In this document: positions 18,400-25,587 of the stretch, piece by piece | Numbering within the stretch: position 1 is the stretch's first letter | Layout: each line of letters begins with the position of its first letter | Virus record (IMG/VR): IMGVR_UViG_3300017560_000021 | Coordinates: 1-41,413 of that record | Origin: a virus | Lineage: Duplodnaviria; Caudoviricetes | Reading direction: 5' to 3' (one strand) | Length of the DNA stretch: 41,413 bases | The notes under the pieces: generated by a model | What the model was told of the DNA's origin: nothing | Seen by the model: the letters and a program-made list of their open reading frames with translations, nothing else | The model's database searches: none | Translations under genes and position numbers: made by a program

Positions 18400-18582
18400 T
18401 CACCAAGCGGGGCCGTCAACGAGCTCGAGCTCGTCTTCGTTGCACTCGGCGGCAGAGATCTTGCGAAGCGCCTCCAGGTCGGCATCCGTCACCTCATCGC
18501 TGTAGTCAGCGGCAAGGATTTCCGGACGCCACGCGGGACGCGTTGCGTTCTCGGGGGAAACGGGTTGAGGGATTCTGGACAT
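18400..18582 (-). CDS. putative acidic antitoxin (60 aa; alternative start at 18654)
   Basis: GGGAG RBS; very acidic C-terminal half ending in Trp; stop 6 bp upstream of the toxin start. Confidence 0.6.
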   Translation of the reverse strand: MSRIPQPVSPENATRPAWRPEILAADYSDEVTDADLEALRKISAAECNEDELELVDGPAW

Positions 18583-18681
18583 AAGCACTCCCTGCGGCTT
18601 GTGATACATGGCAGAACGACAGATGATCGAATGAGTTCCGGTCATAGCATCCATGTGATCAACACTCTTGGCTGTTCCGCC

Positions 18682-18697
18682 GTTAACGTCGCGTTAA
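18682..18697 (-). promoter_or_regulatory. CtrA binding site
   Basis: minus strand TTAACGCGACGTTAAC = TTAA-N7-TTAAC consensus, upstream of the antitoxin-toxin pair. Confidence 0.7.
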
Positions 18698-18840
18698 TGG
18701 CCGCCGCTTTCTCGGTTACAATACACGCCACGAATAAGGTGGCAATAGACCAATCGTCGTACAAGAAGGGTGTGACAATTTTGCGTCCTTGCCGCCCGCA
18801 TTCCGCTCTACATCACGTAGCTTGCCCGGAACATTCGAGC

Positions 18841-18893
18841 ATCAAATTTTGTCCCGCGCCCCGGAGGGTCTTTAAATGTGAGACAAAATTGAT
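18841..18893. repeat. imperfect inverted repeat near attP (possible Int/accessory-factor sites)
   Basis: ATCAAATTTTGTCCCGC ... GTGAGACAAAATTGAT. Confidence 0.45.
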
Positions 18894-18896
18894 CAG

Positions 18897-18925
18897 AAAA
18901 TGCAGCAAATTCAATGCTGCAAAAA
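18897..18925 (-). terminator. rho-independent terminator downstream of the att core
   Basis: TGCAGCA-N7-TGCTGCA stem followed by TTTT on the minus strand. Confidence 0.65.
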
Positions 18926-18930
18926 TGGAA

Positions 18931-18945
18931 TGGTGCCCAGAAGAG
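18931..18945 (-). other. attP core matching the 3' end of tRNA-Leu
   Basis: minus strand CTCTTCTGGGCACCA, as recalled for the 3' end of alphaproteobacterial tRNA-Leu(CAG) (..GTTCGAGTCCTCTTCTGGGCACCA); identity ends upstream of this. Confidence 0.72.
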
Positions 18946-19062
18946 TTCTCCGCAAAATCTTTGATTTCAATCGCTTGCGGGAACGTGGGGCACTCGATCC
19001 CGCGCTGATATCGCTATGCTATTTTTGCGGGTCGTCCCACGAAGACCGCTCTCGCAAGACCG

Positions 19063-19098
19063 TTGACTTGTTCGATACGCCGTGAACATTAGTAGAAC
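19063..19098 (+). promoter_or_regulatory. promoter with alphaproteobacterial LexA (SOS) box
   Basis: TTGACT at 19063; GAAC-ATTAGTA-GAAC (GAAC-N7-GAAC) at 19084-19098 abutting the ATG at 19099. Confidence 0.8.
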
Positions 19099-19530
19099 AT
19101 GGGCGATCATGAATACCGCATAGAAGTCTGGGACCGTGAGGGCGGCGAACGGATCGAGACCTGCTGCCGATCAACGAATTGGCTGATGCTCCAGGCGGCA
19201 TGGAAGGCGGCGGTCGATGCCTTTCCTGGCCGATTTCTGATCCAGTACAACGGCGACCATGTCACGGGACGCGCCGAAGTTCCCGAGGCACCTCCCGTCG
19301 GCGACTGCCCAATGCCCGCCAATGGTATCTGCCTGTTCGATCTTCCTGAGTGGTACGAGCTATACGCTGAATGCGACGCATGCGGCCACGTCGCCCGAGT
19401 CGATCGATATGCGGAGGCGCTGCAGAAGGTGAAAGGGAGACCGCTGATGGAGGTCGCTACAAAGCTCAAGTGCGCCAAATGCAAGACGCGCGGCAAGAGC
19501 CGCTTTCTGGTAAGAAAAATCCCACGATGA
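19099..19530 (+). CDS. putative SOS-regulated protein with C-terminal Zn ribbon
   Basis: 143 aa, CDACGH..LKCAKC; no RBS, start directly after the SOS box (likely leaderless). Confidence 0.75.
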   Translation: MGDHEYRIEVWDREGGERIETCCRSTNWLMLQAAWKAAVDAFPGRFLIQYNGDHVTGRAEVPEAPPVGDCPMPANGICLFDLPEWYELYAECDACGHVARVDRYAEALQKVKGRPLMEVATKLKCAKCKTRGKSRFLVRKIPR

Positions 19531-19697
19531 GCGACGAGAAGTCGAACGCGCAGAAGGCAGCCAGCATTCACGAGGAACACTGGTGCCAGCACCCGGGATG
19601 CAAGAGGTGGGGAAGTTTCGGCTATGACCGCGGCAAGGGCACGATCGATTGGTGGTGCGCGGAGCACAGGCCGGACAGTGCCGGCGGTAGCCAATGA
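19527..19697 (+). CDS. small Cys/His-rich protein
   Basis: HWCQHPGCKRWGSFG..WWCAEH; ATGA overlap with the upstream gene. Confidence 0.7.
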   Translation: MSDEKSNAQKAASIHEEHWCQHPGCKRWGSFGYDRGKGTIDWWCAEHRPDSAGGSQ

Positions 19698-19798
19698 GGC
19701 GTAAGCCCTGGTGGTTCTACGCGATTCTGATCGCCGCCGCGCTGGGCGCGATGGCGAGCATAGTGGGGAGATCTGGCCAAGCGCTTGGCTGGTGGTGA
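19694..19798 (+). CDS. 34-aa single-TM peptide
   Basis: MRRKPWWFYAILIAAALGAMASIVGRSGQALGWW; ATGA overlap; below the ORF-track cutoff. Confidence 0.5.
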   Translation: MRRKPWWFYAILIAAALGAMASIVGRSGQALGWW

Positions 19799-20254
19799 TC
19801 AGCCCGGAACACCAAGCGTCCGTCTCTCAGCCCGCCTTCCGTTCACGTTGTCGAGCCGCTGCAGGATCTCCCGCATGACCCGGATATCGCCGTTCATGTC
19901 GTTGAGACTGTCCTGAAGCTCTTTCATCGCCGTGGCCGTCGTCGCGGTGGACTGCTCGGCTACAGTCAGCCGGTATTGAAGGTTGTCGATCTTGCCGATG
20001 TCCTTCTCTGTGCCCTTCACGCGCTCCTCGAGCTTCGCCATGCTGGCACGGTATTCGGCTGACTTCTCCTTTCGGTCCTGTTCGATCGCTGTGCGCCAGG
20101 ACTGCAGCTCTTCGATGTCCCTGCTCTTGTCCACCCAAATCGCAACGCCGCCAACGCACATGCCGACGAGCGTTATGATCTGGATGATCGTGTTCAGGTT
20201 CCATTCGAGCTTCGGGGCGCGTTTCGGTAGTTCCATAGCATCCACCTCTGCCAT
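19799..20254 (-). CDS. lysis-cassette membrane protein (N-terminal TM plus coiled coil)
   Basis: IIQIITLVGMCVGGVAIWV followed by a long heptad-rich region; last gene of the late operon. Confidence 0.7.
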   Translation of the reverse strand: MAEVDAMELPKRAPKLEWNLNTIIQIITLVGMCVGGVAIWVDKSRDIEELQSWRTAIEQDRKEKSAEYRASMAKLEERVKGTEKDIGKIDNLQYRLTVAEQSTATTATAMKELQDSLNDMNGDIRVMREILQRLDNVNGRRAERRTLGVPG

Positions 20255-20310
20255 TTAGTCCCCTGCCATGCCATGCGTTGCGAGCGGTATGCTAGACCGG
20301 GCGAACCCGG

Positions 20311-20490
20311 TCAGGCCTTGTTTGCGGGCGCCAGATACGTCAGCACGGCCGGCAGAAGCGTCGTGACGGCGTAGAGCGCGAGATAGCCGTACCAGGGCGT
20401 GCCTTCCGGCATGAACGGCAGGCCAATGGTACCGGTTGCAGCACCGCCGGCTGCAGCTGCGATGGCTTTCGAAATCTTCTGCATGGTCAT
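20311..20490 (-). CDS. putative holin (59 aa)
   Basis: MTMQKISKAIAAAAGGAATGTIGLPF..WYGYLALYAVTTLLPAVLTYLAPANKA; two hydrophobic segments, AGGAG RBS, overlaps the endolysin stop. Confidence 0.65.
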   Translation of the reverse strand: MTMQKISKAIAAAAGGAATGTIGLPFMPEGTPWYGYLALYAVTTLLPAVLTYLAPANKA

Positions 20491-21287
20491 GCTCCTTTCT
20501 TGTGCCGTGCATAGGCAGCGGCCAGCTTCGTGTCGTACTTGTTCTTTGCGTATCCGGGACCGTTGTAGCGCGATGCGAAGCCAGCCCAGTCGCCACGCTG
20601 GAGGGCGGCGAACATCGCGGGGTTGGCCTTGACGAAGCGGATCATGCCCTCAAGCTGGTTTGCCTCGCCCTTGGCGAAGTCCTTCACCATCGCCACTGCG
20701 CTATCGAAGCCGCAGGCCTTGTGGTTGAAACCCATGACTTGGCCGATCCCCCACGACGTGGCGAGGGCCGCAATCTCGGCGCCGGCAATTTGGGTGCAGC
20801 GATCGATTCGGGCGAACGAGGTCGAGGGATATGCGCCGGCCTTCCAATTGGCGTAGGCCAGCCCCTCGGCGGCGAGCGCGTCCCTCACCTTCCCGCTCGT
20901 CATCTTCCAGGCGATGTGCGGCTCATATAGGCACTTCACCGCTCCGGAGGCATAGAAGCCGGATCCGGCCGCTTCTACCTCGTTCACGGCGCGAATCCTC
21001 GCCTCTTCAATGCCGTGGGATGCAGCGAGCCTCGCGAAGTCAGCGGACGACAGCTTTGCGCCGGTCCCCATGTAGAAGGGTTTTGCTGCGCCCTTCTGCT
21101 CGTCTCCGATCTGCTTCAGCCGCGCCAGCGTCTTGAAACCTGCGATACCATCCGCCTCAAGCCCTTCGGCGATCTGAAAAAGACGAACTGCCGCCTTGGT
21201 CTTCGCGCCGTTGATGCCGTCAGCCGGGCCCGGGTCATAGCCAAGCGCGATCAAGCGCCGCTGCAGATCCTGCACGGTCGTGTTCAT
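20487..21287 (-). CDS. endolysin: PG-binding domain plus DUF3380 N-acetylmuramidase
   Basis: LQRRLIALGY..DGINGAKT..FQ..DGIAG; VEAAGSGF, LYEPH, SWGIGQVMGFNH, FASRYNGPGY. Confidence 0.93.
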   Translation of the reverse strand: MNTTVQDLQRRLIALGYDPGPADGINGAKTKAAVRLFQIAEGLEADGIAGFKTLARLKQIGDEQKGAAKPFYMGTGAKLSSADFARLAASHGIEEARIRAVNEVEAAGSGFYASGAVKCLYEPHIAWKMTSGKVRDALAAEGLAYANWKAGAYPSTSFARIDRCTQIAGAEIAALATSWGIGQVMGFNHKACGFDSAVAMVKDFAKGEANQLEGMIRFVKANPAMFAALQRGDWAGFASRYNGPGYAKNKYDTKLAAAYARHKKGA

Positions 21288-21398
21288 GGTGATGTCCTTG
21301 ATAAAGGTCGCCGATACGCCGAATTGCAATCGCGAGTTGACGAAACAACTTCGCGGCCTGCATAAGCTATCAGCTAGTCTGGGTGGGGACCTTAAAGC

Positions 21399-22220
21399 AT
21401 GTCTGGTACCAGGAAGAGAGACAGAGGCGCGCTCTTAGCGCTCGCCATTACGCTCATCGCCATCGTTGCCGTTGCCTACATTGATGCGGCTACCCAAGCG
21501 CCGCCCCAGCACAAAATGAACAACGAAGAGACCGCAGATATAGACCGCGATCCCCAGGATGATGTCGCGCAACCGATATCCAGCGGAGATGACTTTGAGT
21601 TCTGGCAGGATACTTTCCCTCAATGGATCATGGCGATCTTTTCGATCGCGGCCACAGCTATAAGCTGGCGCGCGATTTTTCTGGTCAGAGACACTTTGGA
21701 CGTCAACCGACAAGCAACGACCGCTGCGCGAGACGCCGTTAGTGAAGCGCGTCGGATTGGAGAGCTTCAGGTACGCGGGTACCCTAGTTTCGTGGGGGTA
21801 GAAGTCATCTACGAGCCCCTCGCGCATATGTTTATCGGACACGTAGTGCTGGCCAATTCCGGAAATTCGCCAATCCAAAAGATGCTGATCAAAGGCACCA
21901 TGGTATGCAATTTGCAATGGAAAGGAGAGTACCGTCAGATCATGTCCGCTTCGCAGCCAGCAATCGTTCCAGATCTTGGTGCGAGTGGGACGGAAACATT
22001 TCCCGTCGAATTCTCCATCCCTCCTGTATCCCGCCAATTCTGTGCTGCCACCACTTTTGCAGAAGTTGTCATCGTCCTCACTGGTGAGGATATATTCGGT
22101 CACAGTTTCGAGGGGAAGCTGGCTGCTCAATTCCACAATGGAGGGGTTGAGTGGACCAATATCCATCGAGGGGTAATTCTGTCTGGAGCAACCACACAGC
22201 CACGCTATACACAGAGATAG
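21399..22220 (+). CDS. moron membrane protein
   Basis: opposite orientation, lower GC, own TTGACG promoter element at 21337; two hydrophobic segments. Confidence 0.7.
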   Translation: MSGTRKRDRGALLALAITLIAIVAVAYIDAATQAPPQHKMNNEETADIDRDPQDDVAQPISSGDDFEFWQDTFPQWIMAIFSIAATAISWRAIFLVRDTLDVNRQATTAARDAVSEARRIGELQVRGYPSFVGVEVIYEPLAHMFIGHVVLANSGNSPIQKMLIKGTMVCNLQWKGEYRQIMSASQPAIVPDLGASGTETFPVEFSIPPVSRQFCAATTFAEVVIVLTGEDIFGHSFEGKLAAQFHNGGVEWTNIHRGVILSGATTQPRYTQR

Positions 22221-22272
22221 TAGCAGTGCCAGCTTCCAAGTCATATCGCGGGCCATCGTCGGTTTACCTTGG

Positions 22273-23094
22273 TTAGCTCGAAAACGCATCCAGCATCGCC
22301 AGCATCGCCGCCGTATGCGCGCCGATCTCAGCGACGGATAGCCCGCCACCAATCGACCAGCCCGCAATCGTGCCGGGGTTCCATTCGGAACTTGTCCTGC
22401 CGATGGCGATCTGACTGTTTGCCATTGTGGTGGAGGGGCTGGCGACGGTACCCAGCGACACGCCGTTGAAGTAGAAAGTGATCGCCGCATCGGTAATGCG
22501 GTTCATCAGGAGCACGCCCCGCCGTGAACCGACGAGATTGGCGGAGACGGTCGAATCGGAGTTGAGCCGCCCCGCGACCGAGTTTCTGGCCGAATTGGCA
22601 AACGGGTATAGGATTGTGCCGCTTAGCCCGCCCAGCGGGCAAACCATCGCCTTCCCGTTTTCCATGCTGGCCCCGTCGTCACCGATAAGGATGGCGATAT
22701 GGGCGCTGTTCAGCGAGTATTTCCAGCCGGCCGAGGAGGGATTGATGCCGGTGACGATGCTGTCGTCTTCACCGTCCAGCGTGTAGCCCTTCGCAGAGAG
22801 CACGGGGCTCCCGTCAAGGGTTTGTGCGGGGCCGCCGGAATTCCAGTTCAAGGTCGCGTCGAGGTTGGACGGGAGCTTCCCCTTGACGGCGAAAACGTCG
22901 CACTTGTCGAATACACCGGACTGCTTCATCTGATACCAGGCATATGAGATGATGGCCTGCTGAATCACATCATAAGGTGCGTTGTAGCGCGCCAGATGAT
23001 CCTTTGCCGACCCTCTGATCGCGCGTTGGATAAGGCGATCGGTGGGAACGCTGATCCCGGTTTGCGCCTTAACGCTTGGAATGATCAAAACCAT
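22273..23094 (-). CDS. tail-associated protein with LamG/ConA-like lectin domain
   Basis: GYTLDGEDDSIVTG, FYFNGVSLG, IAIGR motifs; directly after the tail spike. Confidence 0.6.
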   Translation of the reverse strand: MVLIIPSVKAQTGISVPTDRLIQRAIRGSAKDHLARYNAPYDVIQQAIISYAWYQMKQSGVFDKCDVFAVKGKLPSNLDATLNWNSGGPAQTLDGSPVLSAKGYTLDGEDDSIVTGINPSSAGWKYSLNSAHIAILIGDDGASMENGKAMVCPLGGLSGTILYPFANSARNSVAGRLNSDSTVSANLVGSRRGVLLMNRITDAAITFYFNGVSLGTVASPSTTMANSQIAIGRTSSEWNPGTIAGWSIGGGLSVAEIGAHTAAMLAMLDAFSS

Positions 23095-23106
23095 TTCTGC
23101 CTCTCC

Positions 23107-25572
23107 TTACGAGATATCAATCTGACGGTGCGTCAGCCACTTATGCATCGGAGTGCCCTCAAAATACGTGCCGTAGCTCACAGTCGAGCGGATGTTGGTG
23201 CGCGGAACGTTTTCGACATTCCTCGGGTCGGATTGAGGGTTCAGGCCCGCTGTGACAGTGGTCGCACCGGCTGCTGGCTCGCTCGTCGTGATGACGAGGT
23301 TTGTTCCGCCTGAAATTGAAACGCCCGTCACGGTCTTTCCGGGCACCGCAATGCCCGCATTGGCAATCGCCGTGACAACATCGTTGGTCGCGATCGTCGC
23401 CGCCTGCGACAGGACGGCGGTAATCTGGTTTGCGCCAGTGATCGCGGCTGAGACGATATGCAGTGGCGTCCACTGTTGCCCTCGCTCGAGGCGTGTCACG
23501 ATCTCCGCCATCAGTTCGCCGCGCATGCGGTGCCCGACAGAGGTGTGATGCAGGAAATCGCCGGAGAACGGGTAGCAGTAGGTGGGACCGCCGCACCAGA
23601 AGTCGCCAAACGCTTCGGCCACGCTCAAGGCGTAGTCGAGAACCGAACGCATCCCGGCCGACGCGACGAAATTCGACATCTGCCACGTGATCATTCGCAC
23701 AGGCGTCGCCTGCCCGGTGATGGGTTGTAACGCTTCCTCCAGTTGGTATCGAAGCAGGTCGTGCTTGGACCCCAGCGCCGGATCGGATGAATTCGCCTCG
23801 CCCTGGGACATTTCTATCCACCCGACAACAAGGCGCTTGCCGGCGGGCTTAAACTCCATCAGGCGCGTCACCGTCGTCACGATGTTGTCAAAGCTATGGT
23901 AGCCTGCGGGTGCGTCGTTCATTAGGCTCGAGATGGATTGCCCGCCCTCGGACCCGTTCCAGATCAAGAGGTCCGGAAGATAGCCGTGGCACTCCTCGCT
24001 CGCCTTCTTCATGTAGGCATGCGCAAAACCCTCAATCGCCGTGGTGCCGTGCGTGCCCGTTGACGCGATGCTGCCGACAAGATCGGTCATCCCGAATATC
24101 TCTTCCGGCAACAGTTCGATCGACGCTCCGCCGGTCGTCGCCTGCCCAAGCCAGGCATTGGCGGCGGCCGTTGCGGGCATGAGCAGATGACCGGAATAAG
24201 GGTTGACCGGGAACAGGTTGGCAACGCCGTCACTGCGGGCCTGACCTTCGCCGTTGCTCTGCCCATCGGAAAAGGCAAGCGTGATCTGGCCGTCGAAGAA
24301 GAGGTTGCCATTCTGCGCGACACGCCGCACGAGCTTGGCGCCATCTGCCTCCACAATGGCCTGAAGCGCGCCGCCGACCGACTGGACCGAATGCCAGGTC
24401 AGGCCGGCATCGCTGTTGATGAGGCGGTCCTCGCCGGTACCGCCAACGGCGCGGAGCGCGCCTCCGCTGATATAGCCCATGATGTAGGGTTCCGACGCCC
24501 CGCCTGCGATGACGACGTTGTCACCCGTCGCCGCGCCAACGAGACTACCGGTGAACAGGTCATACCCAAGGATAAGACCGCCATTGGTGTCGATCAGGAG
24601 CGGCCAGAGCCCGTCATTGCCGTAGCGATAGCCGAGATCGAGAAGGCCGGCGGCGTCGTTCTGGTCGTCGCCCACAAGGGGTAGGAGATACGCGCCGACC
24701 TCGCGATCATATGCGAACGTTGCAACGCCGTTGGCAAGGGCATGAAAGACCCATAGATTCTGCGCCACGATATCCATGCCGGCGTCAAGCGAATGGACCG
24801 CGTCCTGATCTTCGCGAAAGGCCAGAAGATCCGCGATAATGCTGGCAGGCGTGCCAATGACCCGGATCGAAGAGACGCCCGCGCCACTGGCGCGCAACAG
24901 ATACACCGTGCCGGCGACAAGATCGCCCGCAATAAGGGGAGTTCCGTCCGCGCGCGTCAATTCCTTTGCGCCGAGGCTGTCCAGATTGAGGGTGGCCGCG
25001 CCCGTATTCGTCGCAACCGGCGTCAGCCAAAACGCCTGGCCAATCTGGTAACTGGCGATGCCGGCCGTCGCAGTTATCGTGTTCGTGCCGGCGACGGAAC
25101 CGAGCCCCATGGGCGCGCGATTATCGATAAGGTCCGACAGCTCTTTCAGCGTGTCACGGCTCGATGGCGCTCCGCCGATCAGGGCCTCAATAGCCGCCTC
25201 GCGGTCCTCGATCTCCTGGTCGAGCTGGGCCTGGAGCGACGAGGTATCGCCGCCGGGCAGCGGCCCGATGCGCGTCCAAGAGCCGGAGCCAGACGAGCCG
25301 ATTTTCAGGTAGACGCCGCGATAAGCCTCGTTGCTGTCGCCGAAGACGCGCCCGATCGAGCCGGCAGGCCAGTCAAGGTCGCCATAGAGTTCAGCACGCG
25401 TCTCATAGGAGACCTGATAGCCCTGCGGCAGGCCGTCCAACGCGTCCTGAATGACATCGCCTAGGTTTCGCCCGTCAGACTTCTTGACCTTGTGCTTTCC
25501 CGAAGAGGGAACACCATCGGTCGTATAGTCCCGAAAGGTGCTCCGGAACGCGCTGCGAATTTCGTCAGCCAT
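23107..25572 (-). CDS. tail fibre/spike with SGNH-type esterase domain
   Basis: N-terminal virion-anchor region; DGQSN, GGQSI, QGEAN and DFLHH blocks. Confidence 0.8.
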   Translation of the reverse strand: MADEIRSAFRSTFRDYTTDGVPSSGKHKVKKSDGRNLGDVIQDALDGLPQGYQVSYETRAELYGDLDWPAGSIGRVFGDSNEAYRGVYLKIGSSGSGSWTRIGPLPGGDTSSLQAQLDQEIEDREAAIEALIGGAPSSRDTLKELSDLIDNRAPMGLGSVAGTNTITATAGIASYQIGQAFWLTPVATNTGAATLNLDSLGAKELTRADGTPLIAGDLVAGTVYLLRASGAGVSSIRVIGTPASIIADLLAFREDQDAVHSLDAGMDIVAQNLWVFHALANGVATFAYDREVGAYLLPLVGDDQNDAAGLLDLGYRYGNDGLWPLLIDTNGGLILGYDLFTGSLVGAATGDNVVIAGGASEPYIMGYISGGALRAVGGTGEDRLINSDAGLTWHSVQSVGGALQAIVEADGAKLVRRVAQNGNLFFDGQITLAFSDGQSNGEGQARSDGVANLFPVNPYSGHLLMPATAAANAWLGQATTGGASIELLPEEIFGMTDLVGSIASTGTHGTTAIEGFAHAYMKKASEECHGYLPDLLIWNGSEGGQSISSLMNDAPAGYHSFDNIVTTVTRLMEFKPAGKRLVVGWIEMSQGEANSSDPALGSKHDLLRYQLEEALQPITGQATPVRMITWQMSNFVASAGMRSVLDYALSVAEAFGDFWCGGPTYCYPFSGDFLHHTSVGHRMRGELMAEIVTRLERGQQWTPLHIVSAAITGANQITAVLSQAATIATNDVVTAIANAGIAVPGKTVTGVSISGGTNLVITTSEPAAGATTVTAGLNPQSDPRNVENVPRTNIRSTVSYGTYFEGTPMHKWLTHRQIDIS

Positions 25573-25587
25573 TTGGTTCTCGCGATG

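Noticed and set aside
18400-18830. Type III TA (ToxIN/AbiQ) RNA antitoxin array
   Set aside because: No tandem repeats upstream of the toxin; a protein ORF with an RBS is there instead
18829-18843. Second SOS box GAAC-N7-CATC
   Set aside because: The second half-site has two mismatches and there is no linked gene start
18931-18945. tRNA gene
   Set aside because: Only the last 15 nt match; there is no T-loop or cloverleaf, so it is an att core
21324-21335. TTGCAATCGCGA as a CI operator at the moron promoter
   Set aside because: It lacks the 3-bp spacer seen in all six operators
21435-22490. 351-aa minus-strand ORF containing a lipobox-like LCGC, as a possible spanin
   Set aside because: It is antisense to the better-supported moron ORF, which has a promoter and sensible topology, and the downstream sequence is not spanin-like; not fully excluded
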